The position numbers and the translations under genes were made by a program. A stretch of 63,137 bases of DNA, the filler included, from Octopus bimaculoides (taxonomy: Eukaryota): NCBI RefSeq assembly GCF_001194135.2. It is 5 parts of 5 records of this genome, joined end to end, with 100 filler letters (N's around TTAATTAATTAA, not from the genome) between each part and the next. Parts side by side here need not be neighbours in the genome. Positions count along the whole stretch, not along the records: positions 1 to 15,603 come from NC_068990.1; positions 15,704 to 34,998 come from NC_068991.1; 3 more parts are not named here. One strand, 5' to 3'. The first letter of the stretch is position 1. Every line of letters starts with the position of its first letter. Shown piece after piece: positions 11,920 to 24,209 of this stretch. Under the pieces are notes generated by a model, which saw only the letters and a program-made list of their open reading frames with translations, was not told where the DNA came from and made no database searches.

Positions 11920-13620
11920 CAGGGTGTCCCGAATTTAAGGAAACTGAAGTTTCGGGCTTTAATAACTATCAAATAAATGTGATAAGACATGGAAATTATA
12001 CATCATTATAAAAGCTTAGTGTGTCTTCTTTTTGTTTCAGACTAAAACATTCAGATTTATAAATTAGATAATGGCTATAGACCGAAATACAATCATAACA
12101 CTTCACAAAAGAGTCGAAAGTACTATAGCAAAAGGCTATAGCAAAAAATTAAAATTAACCGAACAGTCTGGAAAATGGTCAAACAATTTCAAGAGACTAG
12201 TCCCACTGCTAATCGACCTGGATGTGGCTGCAAAAGAAGTGTACAGACCCCTCAGCTTATCAAGAGGCTCTTGAGCACTCCTCATACTTTGCTCGACGTG
12301 TTCTGAAGGCAAAACTGCGCCAGGAATGGGATTCGATTCCGCAAGAACAGCTGCGTGCCGCGTGTGAAGCATTTACCCCTAGACCTAAGGCTGTGATTCG
12401 AAACAGAAATGGTCATCTGTATATATATAAAAGAGAGGATGCGCGTGTGTGTAGTTTATGCACGTCCACAAATTAGCACGCATGTCGCTCCAATTTTAGG
12501 AGATGTGTCATGACCTTATGTGCATTTTCGTCAAGTTTTTCTCTCAGAGGCACTCGCGTATAGCTGTAAAAATCGATAAACTTTTACCAATTTTGAAGTT
12601 TGTTGACATGGTGAAGTCAAATCTGTGCGTACGCGCATGAAGTAGAGAGAGAGAGAAATTGTATGTTTGTGAGAGGGGGTAAAGGAGAGATACATTTTGT
12701 TTGCCAGCATCCGTGTGGTAAGCAGCAAGCAACAAGCAAAAAGAAAAAAATACCCTCTCTCTCTCTCTCTCTATCTATCTATCTATNNNNNNNNNNNNNN
12801 NNNNNNNNNNNNNNNNNNNNNNNNNNNNNNNNNNNNNNNNNNNNNNNNNNNNNNNNNNNNNNNNNNNNNNNNNNNNNNNNNNNNNNNNNNNNNNNNNNNN
12901 NNNNNNNNNNNNNNNNNNNNNNNNNNNNNNNNNNNNNNNNNNNNNNNNNNNNNNNNNNNNNNNNNNNNNNNNNNNNNNNNNNNNNNNNNNNNNNNNNNNN
13001 NNNNNNNNNNNNNNNNNNNNNNNNNNNNNNNNNNNNNNNNNNNNNNNNNNNNNNNNNNNNNNNNNNNNNNNNNNNNNNNNNNNNNNNNNNNNNNNNNNNN
13101 NNNNNNNNNNNNNNNNNNNNNNNNNNNNNNNNNNNNNNNNNNNNNNNNNNNNNNNNNNNNNNNNNNNNNNNNNNNNNNNNNNNNNNNNNNNNNNNNNNNN
13201 NNNNNNNNNNNNNNNNNNNNNNNNNNNNNNNNNNNNNNNNNNNNNNNNNNNNNNNNNNNNNNNNNNAAAGAAAGAAAGAAAGAAAGAAAGAGAGATAAAT
13301 GTGTGTAAGGGAGGGAGAGAGATAGAGAGGGAGAGCGCGCTCTCTCTATCTCTTTCGCGGTCTTTCCCAACACTTTTTTATGGAAACTGCCGAATTGATG
13401 TAAACAAACCCATGTGGTCTGATTTTCACGTTTCTAGGTATTGTACCGTAAATCGCCATTTCCAAAATATATTTATTTCAAATCATTTATCCGTATATAT
13501 ATGTAAGGCAAGGTGAGTGTGTTTTGTTGATATACGGGCAACACACTCACACACATATGAACATGTATGCGTACAAAAAATATGTATGCAATTGGTGTAC
13601 ATACGTGTATGTGTGTGTTG

Positions 13621-13656
<36 letters not shown>

Positions 13657-14879
13657 TTCAAGGCTTGAATATGGTACTTATGCGAAGGCACCCGAATATC
13701 ACATCCCAAAAGGATGGGTGATTAAAATCAAATAATAAGCAACACGGATTTCAAAAGTGATTGCAGTACGCACGTTTCATGCTACTTCAATTTATTTAAG
13801 TAATGTGAGCATTACCTTAAATGCAATATGAAGAGCAATCTTCAGCTGCACGAAAAAATGTAGAAAAAAAGACATATTACAAATGTGGCAACATATTAAA
13901 ACCNNNNNNNNNNNNNNNNNNNNNNNNNNNNNNNNNNNNNNNNNNNNNNNNNNNNNNNNNNNNNNNNNNNNNNNNNNNNNNNNNNNNNNNNNNNNNNNNN
14001 NNNNNNNNNNNNNNNNNNNNNNNNNNNNNNNNNNNNNNNNNNNNNNNNNNNNNNNNNNNNNNNNNNNNNNNNNNNNNNNNNNNNNNNNNNNNNNNNNNNN
14101 NNNNNNNNNNNNNNNNNNNNNNNNNNNNNNNNNNNNNNNNNNNNNNNNNNNNNNNNNNNNNNNNNNNNNNNNNNNNNNNNNNNNNNNNNNNNNNNNNNNN
14201 NNNNNNNNNNNNNNNNNNNNNNNNNNNNNNNNNNNNNNNNNNNNNNNNNNNNNNNNNNNNNNNNNNNNNNNNNNNNNNNNNNNNNNNNNNNNNNNNNNNN
14301 NNNNNNNNNNNNNNNNNNNNNNNNNNNNNNNNNNNNNNNNNNNNNNNNNNNNNNNNNNNNNNNNNNNNNNNNNNNNNNNNNNNNNNNNNNNNNNNNNNNN
14401 NNNNNNNNNNNNNNNNNNNNNNNNNNNNNNNNNNNNNNNNNNNNNNNNNNNNNNNNNNNTACTTAAGACTTCGTTGTGATTTGAACAGAACCGCTTCTGA
14501 CACAGAGAATCGGGAGCCCTTTTGGTCATTCTATTTTCCTTGCTGGAAAGGTTCCTAACCCATGAGCAAAGAGGGGTTGGATGATGGCGGTGGTGTTTTC
14601 AAAGGGATGGCATGTGTAACCTGATCACCTCTGTCGATCAAACTCCCAACCCAAATTTGACGTCATGTTACTTAGTTTGGTTTGAAATAAAGAACTTGAT
14701 TAGCTTAATAATCCCAACTTAATCCCGGGCAAAGCCGGGCTATACTGCTAGTATTGAATAAATGTGGTAGTGTCATAATTGTGTTACCATCGCATTGCAA
14801 CGCTCGGACCAGATATATAACAATGGTTTGCTTTGGCAAAATTGAAAAAAGTTGGTTGCCTTTATTTTGGGACACCCTG
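11920..14879 (+). mobile_element. Internally deleted Tc1/mariner element (maT/DD37D-like), interrupted by a Helitron
   Basis: TIRs cagggtgtcccgaatttaagg (11920-) and cctttattttgggacaccctg (-14879), with TA on both sides. N-terminal HTH MAIDRNTIITLHKR... and C-terminus LKAKLRQEWDSIPQEQLRAACEAF...KAVIRN.NGH/IE*. The DDE core is missing. Confidence 0.9.
12416..14751 (+). mobile_element. Non-autonomous Helitron inserted in the mariner element (contains two N gaps)
   Basis: 5' end A|TCTGTATATATATAAAAGAG. 3' hairpin cccgg-gcaaag-ccggg (14724-14739) followed by CTAG|T (14748-14751). No TSD. Removing it restores ggtca|tattgaataa = G-H-I-E-stop. Confidence 0.9.
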
Positions 14880-15603
14880 TATAGATATATATTGATTGCT
14901 ATTCTTGTATATAACTGAATGCATCAGCAATTTAATAGATAGGAATTTCTTCGGGTACATATATTGGAGTGTCTTCATTACATTCAGTGTAAAAAAGCAT
15001 TTACTGCGTACTTACTGGAATGCTAACAGATTATTATAGGGCCTTTTACTCTTCTTGGCTGTGTTTTTCATGACAGTGGTTTCTGAAGTTCCTCGTATAT
15101 TTAAAATGTAATTGCACATTGCCATACAATGTGACTACAATTGAACGCTAAGGCTTCGTATGCAATGAGCCGCTATTCTACTAAACAAGTGTATCAGCCA
15201 TTTATGGCGAGATAAACGTATGTATACAAATACACATACACGCAAGTAAAGAACTCGAAACACTGTAATGTAGGAATATATGTACGTGTATACATAAGTA
15301 TGTGTGCGTTTGTTTGTGTATATGTATACACACACTTACACACACATACATTTATATATATATACGTACACACACAAATGCATATGTATCTGTGTGTGTA
15401 TATGCGATGTGTGAGAGGCTGTTAACAATGCAGGGTTGTTTTTATGTTTTAAATAAATGACTTCCTTTTTCGTCTCTAGTTATTTCAGACATGCTATTGT
15501 TAACGACTTTTTCTACTCAACTATTATATTCTCACTACTTCATGATGCATCTCTCAAAGTCCCCCAAAATATCGATATTAATATATATATATATATATAT
15601 ATA

Positions 15604-15703
15604 NNNNNNNNNNNNNNNNNNNNNNNNNNNNNNNNNNNNNNNNNNNNTTAATTAATTAANNNNNNNNNNNNNNNNNNNNNNNNNNNNNNNNNNNNNNNNN
15701 NNN
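15604..15703. other. Scaffolding spacer N44-TTAATTAATTAA-N44; similar spacers at ~35043, ~48971 and ~60435
   Basis: The same palindromic 12-mer, which puts TAA in all six frames, sits inside ~100-nt N blocks four times. Confidence 0.9.
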
Positions 15704-16599
15704 ATTTCATTTATACGTTGCATGCATGTATTTCACAAGTGTACATTTCATTTCTTTGAATTTTCTTTGTGTGTGTTTGTACCACATCTTGTGGGTGGTT
15801 TTTCAGTGGCCATCCTGCCTCAGGCGTTTTAACAGATTTTATTTATCGTGCATTTCTGCTCTGGCGAGGGAGCTCTGTAGTAACGCCTGCGCATGCGTAG
15901 AATTAATAAAGCAAGCGTTTCCCGCTCAATTCATTCTCTTTCTCGCTGGCCAGCGATTGAGCAAGGACGTGTGTTTAAAGCTGTCTCTACATCGTTCGGT
16001 CTTATACTCGACAGCTCGTTATTCTCACCTCTAAAGATGTATAACTAAAGATATGTATGTTTTACCAAGTAAATAAATGTTGTTTAAGTTGTTTAGTCTG
16101 GAGTTCAGCGTTCCGTTGTATTTCTTTAATTTTATAGTAGAAAGACAGGTATACAATCTAAAGATGTATAACCCACTTTCTACTAAACTATAATCAACAA
16201 CAAACGCATTTCGTCAATATAAAAGTCTTTATTTGATAAAAAAAAATAACATTATCAAAACATGAAGGTAAAACAAAACAAATAGCGGCTTATACACCGG
16301 AAAATATGGTAATTGTAGTGGCAGTGACAAGTTCGCTCGCTAGTTGACAGTTGGTAGTGTAGAAGGGAGGGAAACAGTAAGAAAAGCACGGTGCTGACTA
16401 GGAAGAAAGGATAAAGGTGACATCGTCTTCGCTCGCCATAGGAATAGAACAGAGTGGTGACATTTAGTAGAGATGACCCGGAAGTTGTTCCTCTTCGATT
16501 ACTATCGCAAATAGCAATAGCTTTCTTCAACCGAATACACGTCATTGATTGTAACACAAAGTCACTAGGACCTCCTACAGGCCAGTCCCAAAACGACAT

Positions 16600-18230
16600 G
16601 CATTCTTTGAAAGCATTACGGTCGACGGACAAGTTTCATGAACTCTAAAGTGTCAAAAGAGCAACATAGTAATCTTGTGAATATGAAGAAGTAAAAACTG
16701 TAGTAGAGCAGTTAACTCATATTTTAAAAGGATTGGTTGACTCGACAGATGATCAAACACCCAAAGCATATATTGAGAGCAATACGTTATTGAATGCCAT
16801 ATGCCAGTTTGGCTTCTTAATTGGATTGATTGTGCCCAAAATACTGCTGTAAAATGCAAAAAGGCTCATTGTGTACCTTCTGGGGAAAATCCTTAATATA
16901 ATAACTGCTGGAAAAGTTACAACAACCTAGGAAGCACTAGCTACAACAACGAATAAAACTTTTGAAAGTGCTTGAAAATGCGCTGAAGAATTAGGCGAAA
17001 TTATCAAAGAAATCATCAATGATATACGATTCTCATTCACGGAAGCAAAAATTCCACGGAAATAAAAACTGTCTCGCCGATTGATGAATCATTAATGAAT
17101 GTGACACTGGATCAAATTGCCAAAGAATACTTCGTATGTCTACTTCTTATTTAAGTCAGAATAAAGCTATTATGAAATTACGGTCGATTTAATTGTAAAG
17201 ACCAACACATATATAACGATCATACGTAAGATACAATTTTAATAGTTTATAAACACTGGAGGTCACCAATTATAAGGGTCAAGTGTAATGTTATATACAT
17301 GTGCATGTTTGCACATCGCCGTCACCAGCTATAACTATCAAGTGTAACGATAATGTGCCCCGAATTAATTAGAGAAGAAACATAATTATTGTTAGTTGAA
17401 ATGGTCCTTTATTCCCTATTATTAATCGTTACAAAATAAGTTACAATTACTTCAAGTTGTTTGAGTTGTTATGGTACACAAATTAGTTTTAGCCCCATAA
17501 TCCATTCTGTATGGTAGTTAGCTTCATCTGTGGGCGACTACTAAAGAGAGAAAGAATAAGAGAGTTTAGACATGGTAAAAAGAGGAAGAGCTGTGTTGTC
17601 CCTCACATAAAAGTGCTTCCTCCCATTGGCCACAGAAGAACGAAGGAAGAAAGAGGGATGCTCTTTGGCCAGGGACCGAGCGGCCAAAGAAATAGAATTG
17701 ATTTTTGAAGAATGCCAACTTAAACAATAGAACCTGTATGTAACAGTTGACCTTATAAATTTCCTAGTGCAAAAGGCGAGAACAGTAGGAAGAGAACTTG
17801 TAGAAAAATATGGATTCGGTCTGACTTCGGAATTTGAAAGCTATTCGTCACATATTTTGTACATTCACCTGTTTTTGATGCATCAACTGACTCGGCTGAG
17901 CACTTTCAACTTATTGTATTACTCTATGCTGTTGTTCTTGTTCTAAAGTCAGAAAAGGCAGTTTACAAAAAATTTGTCAGACTACATACTTCCATTAGAT
18001 CTGCAGACACCTGCAGCTGATACTGTAGGACCAGTTTACAAGTATGGTCATCACAGGTCACAGCCAATTTTCGATAGAATTACTGGTATCTTGGCAACCA
18101 TTCCTACTGTAGCTTATAATGCCGAGTGCTCCATCAGTGACCGACCTCAGACGAAGTATAATATACGTGAGAAGTACAACTAAGCAATGCACTAATACTA
18201 AATGCTGAACGGGAAAATACCACCATGTTT
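16600..18230 (+). mobile_element. Degenerate hAT transposase fossil, interrupted by unrelated sequence at ~17170-17720
   Basis: ESNTLLNAICQFGFLIGLIV...ILL...FES A*KCAEEL...AKIPRK*KLSRRL (16650-17085). Dimerisation-domain-like GILATIPTVAYNAECSIS (~18085-18140). Multiple stops. Confidence 0.7.
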
Positions 18231-18668
18231 GTTGCTAAAAATATTGACCAAATAATTGTTAGCTCTATATTTAAAAGACACAAGAAGCAATAATTCTTTG
18301 AAGCTACTAAAAATTCAAATTTGTTTTTTATTTGCGTAAAATTTAGGGTAAATCAACTCCTGTACTCCTCCTTAATCAAACACCCCATATGTCCAAGTAT
18401 AAGACTAACTTGACTACTTAATGATTCCCTTCCTTATTTAAAACAGTAGGTTGGGTGTATTTAGGGAGATTTAGCAGTTGTTACTAGCAGTTCTAAACAT
18501 TAGGTAAGGGCTTCCTCATAAGCTTAAAGTCATTTGTGTGAATGTGCGCGTGTGTGTGTGTGTGAATGTGCGTGTGTGTGTGTGTGTGAATGTGCGTGTG
18601 TGTGTGTGTGTTCCTGTGTACGTGTGTATATGAAGGTGAGAGTGGATATTGGTACGTGCTCCTATGCA

Positions 18669-18723
<55 letters not shown>

Positions 18724-19390
18724 ACACATACACACACGCAGAGGGATAGTCGAAACAAACTCGTGTTTGGTGGTGAACTTGATAACAGAATAAACAAATT
18801 GAAACGTCAATGAAACAGTCAGTTAGTCAATAAGTGTTATTGTGTGGCGGCGAATCAAGAGATAAAGCTTTCATTTAATTTAGCCAACTATCATGGCTAT
18901 CAGCTAAAAAACAGCGATTCCCAATGAAACAAATTACTCCTCGGTGGAACATAGCCATTCACGAAGTGACGTTAAGACTGTATCACTATGGCGATAATTA
19001 CACAGAAAAAGTAATTAAAAGAAATCTATTTGTCGGCCTCTTCCATTGACCTTCCATTCACATCTTAAATAGAAGCAATAAATACTTGTTATCAATAAGT
19101 TTCGGAGTTTGAAGCTGGAAGGGAAAATGAGCAACGAGACCAATACAAACGACAAGGGTAGACTCTATCTAGATCTATGGATATCATTTTATACGTCTTT
19201 TTAAACGTTATGTATTAAATCATTGACGTTAATTTGGAAATGCTAGCAAGACAAAGTAACGAGTGTAGATAGATATGAAACTATGTAATTTAAACTGCAA
19301 ACATCATGGAAGAAATATTTATGTGTGATTTGACGGATTACAACGAACATGGAATTCGTATCAAATGGGTAAGTTAACGGTTTCTTTTAA

Positions 19391-19423
<33 letters not shown>

Positions 19424-20089
19424 NNNNNNNNNNNNNNNNNNNNNNNNNNNNNNNNNNNNNNNNNNNNNNNNNNNNNNNNNNNNNNNNNNNNNNNNNNNNN
19501 NNNNNNNNNNNNNNNNNNNNNNNNNNNNNNNNNNNNNNNNNNNNNNNNNNNNNNNNNNNNNNNNNNNNNNNNNNNNNNNNNNNNNNNNNNNNNNNNNNNN
19601 NNNNNNNNNNNNNNNNNNNNNNNNNNNNNNNNNNNNNNNNNNNNNNNNNNNNNNNNNNNNNNNNNNNNNNNNNNNNNNNNNNNNNNNNNNNNNNNNNNNN
19701 NNNNNNNNNNNNNNNNNNNNNNNNNNNNNNNNNNNNNNNNNNNNNNNNNNNNNNNNNNNNNNNNNNNNNNNNNNNNNNNNNNNNNNNNNNNNNNNNNNNN
19801 NNNNNNNNNNNNNNNNNNNNNNNNNNNNNNNNNNNNNNNNNNNNNNNNNNNNNNNNNNNNNNNNNNNNNNNNNNNNNNNNNNNNNNNNNNNNNNNNNNNN
19901 NNNNNNNNNNNNNNNNNNNNNNNNNNNNNNNNNNNNNNNNNNNNNNNNNNNNNNNNNNNNNNNNNNNNNNNNNNNNNNNNNNNNNNNNNNNNNNNNNNNN
20001 NNNNNNNNNNNNNNNNNNNNNNNNNNNNNNNNNNNNNNNNNNNNNNNNNNNNNNNNNNNNNNNNNNNNNNNNNNNNNNNNNNNNNNNNN

Positions 20090-20205
20090 GTTTTACCGAA
20101 CCGCTAAGTTACGTAAACGAACCAACACCGGTAGTCAAGTGGTGGTGGGAGCTAAACACAGAAACACACACACACACGCGCGCGCGCGCGCGCACACACA
20201 CACAC

Positions 20206-20242
<37 letters not shown>

Positions 20243-20394
20243 ATGGGCTTCTTTCAGTTTCAGTCAACTAAATCCTCTCACAAATCTTTGGTCATCTTGA
20301 GTAGAAGACACATGCCCAACGTACTATGCAGTGGGACTGAACCAGGAACCATGTGGTTGGGAAGTAAACTTCTTACTACACAATTACGCCTGCG
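20090..20394 (-). mobile_element. SINE family A copy (tRNA-like head, internal (CA)n), truncated by a gap
   Basis: Reverse-complement match to 47881-48370. Confidence 0.85.
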
Positions 20395-20582
20395 TATAAA
20401 ATAGAGATTCACTATCGCTAGTGAATAGTAGGCTTGCTCTTAGTAAGTCGCTTTTATAAAAATTTAGAACAAAAGTCTTCCTGTTTATATATTTTAGTCT
20501 TTAGTTTTCAGAGATGGGTCATGTGATACTGTTAGTTGTCGAGTGAAATACAATGAAACAACCGAGAGCGGTATGAAGGTGA

Positions 20583-20940
20583 CTATGATTGGTTAAAATA
20601 TGAATGCATGAGCCTAATTCGAAACAGGAAGTTCGTTATGCTATCGTGTGAATACATCGGAAGTAGTCCTTGCTTAAATATTTCGATGTATTTTTCAGAG
20701 TTTATGGTTCCAACACATTCGATCAGCTCAGAACGACCATTGCTGATGACAGCTTCCCATACCATTACAGAGATACCGCCATGTTTCACAGTTGGTCGGA
20801 GTCGTTTCAAATCAAATTCTTGATTGGGAAGCCTCCAGTCCCAAACACGTCCACTGTCTGAAAATAATGTGAATCTGGATTCATCTGAGAAAATCACTCT
20901 ATCTCAAAATGGACTGGATTTTTCTGACATCTCCTTAGCC
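20583..20940 (-). mobile_element. Tc1-like (DD34E-type) transposase fragment
   Basis: IFSDESRF...VW...PTVKHGGISVMVW...G.INSEKYIEI, running from the first catalytic D towards the second. Truncated by a gap. Confidence 0.9.
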
Positions 20941-21714
20941 CTATTTCTTTCCTTNNNNNNNNNNNNNNNNNNNNNNNNNNNNNNNNNNNNNNNNNNNNNN
21001 NNNNNNNNNNNNNNNNNNNNNNNNNNNNNNNNNNNNNNNNNNNNNNNNNNNNNNNNNNNNNNNNNNNNNNNNNNNNNNNNNNNNNNNNNNNNNNNNNNNN
21101 NNNNNNNNNNNNNNNNNNNNNNNNNNNNNNNNNNNNNNNNNNNNNNNNNNNNNNNNNNNNNNNNNNNNNNNNNNNNNNNNNNNNNNNNNNNNNNNNNNNN
21201 NNNNNNNNNNNNNNNNNNNNNNNNNNNNNNNNNNNNNNNNNNNNNNNNNNNNNNNNNNNNNNNNNNNNNNNNNNNNNNNNNNNNNNNNNNNNNNNNNNNN
21301 NNNNNNNNNNNNNNNNNNNNNNNNNNNNNNNNNNNNNNNNNNNNNNNNNNNNNNNNNNNNNNNNNNNNNNNNNNNNNNNNNNNNNNNNNNNNNNNNNNNN
21401 NNNNNNNNNNNNNNNNNNNNNNNNNNNNNNNNNNNNNNNNNNNNNNNNNNNNNNNNNNNNNNNNNNNNNNNNNNNNNNNNNNNNNNNNNNNNNNNNNNNN
21501 NNNNNNNNNNNNNNNNNNNNNNNNNNNNNNNNNNNNNNNNNNNNNNNNNNNNNNNNNNNNNNNNNNNNNNNNNNNNNNNNNNNNNNNNNNNNNNNNNNNN
21601 NNNNNNNNNNNNNNNNNNNNNNNNNNNNNNNNNNNNNNNNNNNNNNNNNNNNNNNNNNNNNNNACGTATGTATATAAGTATATATAAATGTATGTATGTG
21701 CATGCATGTGTGTG

Positions 21715-21930
21715 TGTGTGTGTTTGTCACCCCACTACTTGACAGCCAGTGTTGGTTTGTCTACGTCCTCGTAACCTAGGGGTTAGACAAAAGAGACCTT
21801 TAGAATAAGTATCAGACTTGAAAGAAAAAAAAAACAGTAATGGAGTCGATTTGTTTGAGTAAAACCCTTCGAAGAAGTGCCCCAGCATGGCCGCAGTCCA
21901 TTGACGGAAACAAGTAAAGATGAAAAGGTA
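21715..21930 (+). mobile_element. SINE family A 3' half
   Basis: Matches the 3' half of 47881-48370 (gtgccccagcatggccgcagtc...aaacaagtaaag). Confidence 0.8.
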
Positions 21931-22306
21931 AAAGATATGATATCTCATAGTCGTATGTTCGATTTGTCATTAGTTCAAGGCAGCGCCCTCAACATGACTG
22001 AAACAAATGAATGATAAGAGAAAATTAAAAATATTCAGAAAGCATGAATGGTTTCTTGTTGAGAGCTGTGGATAGAGGTTGTTTATGTTTATGTATACCA
22101 TCGCTTTGTTTGCATTATTTGTCTTGGTCTGCTGATAATGTTGCAATATTTGAAAGCATTATTTTTCCAGGTCGTAATTTTTTTCCTTTTTTTTTTTCTT
22201 TAAAAACAAAATTTACAAGCAGATACTACTTTTTGTAACTATGTCATTTTAAATTTAGGTTAAGACTATGCTCGTTGATACAGAAATACACACATAGGAT
22301 TATTTA

Positions 22307-22614
22307 TACATACATACATACATACATGGTGGTTGTCTACTCCTTACACAGAGTTTGACCACCTCCTGCACCTACACCTTAGCCCTTTCATGGCGTCTGA
22401 TGTGGCTTTTTAAACCAGACAATGTTTTGAAAAAACACCCACACAGATTGCACCTCTGATTTGTACTACCAATACCTGCAGGTAAGTTCTGCTCATTGTG
22501 GATCCTAACATGTCTTTTAAGACCCCCATTGGATTTGCAAGCCCTCTGGCACACACCACATTCAAACGTGTGCACAGACATATAATCAGAATAGCTGGTT
22601 GAAGTTTGTTTTCC
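22307..22614 (-). mobile_element. 3' end of an RTE-like LINE: two C2H2 fingers, stop, short UTR, (TATG)n tail
   Basis: FECGVCQRACKSNGGLKRHVRIH and CNLCGCFFKTLSGLKSHIRRH-ERAKV*, then about 45 nt to a tandem-repeat tail. No TGEKP linker. Confidence 0.65.
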
Positions 22615-23210
22615 NNNNNNNNNNNNNNNNNNNNNNNNNNNNNNNNNNNNNNNNNNNNNNNNNNNNNNNNNNNNNNNNNNNNNNNNNNNNNNNNNNNNNN
22701 NNNNNNNNNNNNNNNNNNNNNNNNNNNNNNNNNNNNNNNNNNNNNNNNNNNNNNNNNNNNNNNNNNNNNNNNNNNNNNNNNNNNNNNNNNNNNNNNNNNN
22801 NNNNNNNNNNNNNNNNNNNNNNNNNNNNNNNNNNNNNNNNNNNNNNNNNNNNNNNNNNNNNNNNNNNNNNNNNNNNNNNNNNNNNNNNNNNNNNNNNNNN
22901 NNNNNNNNNNNNNNNNNNNNNNNNNNNNNNNNNNNNNNNNNNNNNNNNNNNNNNNNNNNNNNNNNNNNNNNNNNNNNNNNNNNNNNNNNNNNNNNNNNNN
23001 NNNNNNNNNNNNNNNNNNNNNNNNNNNNNNNNNNNNNNNNNNNNNNNNNNNNNNNNNNNNNNNNNNNNNNNNNNNNNNNNNNNNNNNNNNNNNNNNNNNN
23101 NNNNNNNNNNNNNNNNNNNNNNNNNNNNNNNNNNNNNNNNNNNNNNNNNNNNNNNTATATATATATATATATATTTATATACACGTACATACAGGGACAT
23201 ACACACATAT

Positions 23211-23245
<35 letters not shown>

Positions 23246-23360
23246 CGTGTGTGTATGTGTGTGAGTGTGTGTGTGCGTGCGTGCGTGCATATGTGTGTGT
23301 ATGTATATTGTGTGTTTGTATGTATATTGTAATATAATATAATTTCGATAATGTACTTAC

Positions 23361-23390
23361 CTGGCAAGTGTTTTGATCTGAGACAGTGTA
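23361..23390 (-). CDS. Candidate 30-nt microexon, possibly of the sushi gene
   Basis: ttattttcgtttcag|TACACTGTCTCAGATCAAAACACTTGCCAG|gtaagta. Strong acceptor and donor, length a multiple of 3, open in all frames (phase 1: HCLRSKHLP). No homology support. Confidence 0.4.
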
Positions 23391-23849
23391 CTGAAACGAA
23401 AATAACAGCGTGGAAGACATATTCACCAATCAAAAATACAAAAACTGCAAACTTCGCTTAAACATTTATTATTTAGTGTCAACATTTTTGTCACACCGAT
23501 TGCGACCTGGTTCCATTGGTGCCTTATATATATATTTTTTTCAGTTTCGTACTTTTGTTCGTGTCATGATTATTGTCTTGGTTTGACTAGATGGTATCCT
23601 GCTGTTCAAAAAGACTCTTCCAGTTTATAATATGTCTGATTAAAATAGAAATACTTTACACTTCTTGTATCATAGCAGTCGTCGCATCGAATAAGCGTAA
23701 TGCAGCTAACATTAGGTTTGTTGTGAAATGATATTGTGAAGTACGTCATAAGAATTACTTTTCACACTGATGCTATTATCCACCTGTATGGAATTCAAAT
23801 TTTGTGCCTTTCTCCAGAAATTCACAGCATTCTTTACATGAGTCTATAT

Positions 23850-24209
23850 CAGTGGTTCTCAACTGGGGTCCATATTGTCCCTGATGGTCCATATAAAATT
23901 TTGGGAGACCACGAAACAAAGTAGTAAATTGGGAACCCACAATGATAATATAAAGACCCCTAAAATGTTTTTGATTTAGATGTATGTATTGGTATGTATT
24001 GCAAGAAACAACCTGGTTTCTTTCTCTAACATTTTACATAGTTCAGCCTACATACATGAATGTGTGAAAAACAATATAGGTATTTTGAAAGAAGTTTCTA
24101 TAAAAGAAATTTTGAAACATCGAATGGCTATGGGGTCCACCAGAATAAAATAGTAATCAAAGTGGTTCACAGGTCAAAAAAAAAAAAAAGAAAAAAATGA
24201 GAACCCCTG
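23850..24209. mobile_element. hAT (Charlie-type) MITE
   Basis: TIRs cagtggttctcaac / atgagaacccctg with a perfect 8-bp TSD GTCTATAT (23842-23849 and 24210-24217). Confidence 0.92.

Noticed and set aside
12663-14558. Long ORFs of 190-350 aa here and at 19365, 20824, 22372, 35780, 38158 and 40715
   Set aside because: They are open only because they run through N gaps.
15010-15085. Possible minus-strand exon ending at a gtaagt donor
   Set aside because: The acceptor lacks a pyrimidine tract, the length of 67 nt shifts the frame, and there is no domain similarity.
18493-18810. His/Thr-, Cys/Val-, Tyr/Ile- and poly-Ile/Arg/Ser-rich ORFs here and throughout the window
   Set aside because: Translations of (CA)n, (TA)n, (AAT)n and (AAG)n microsatellites.
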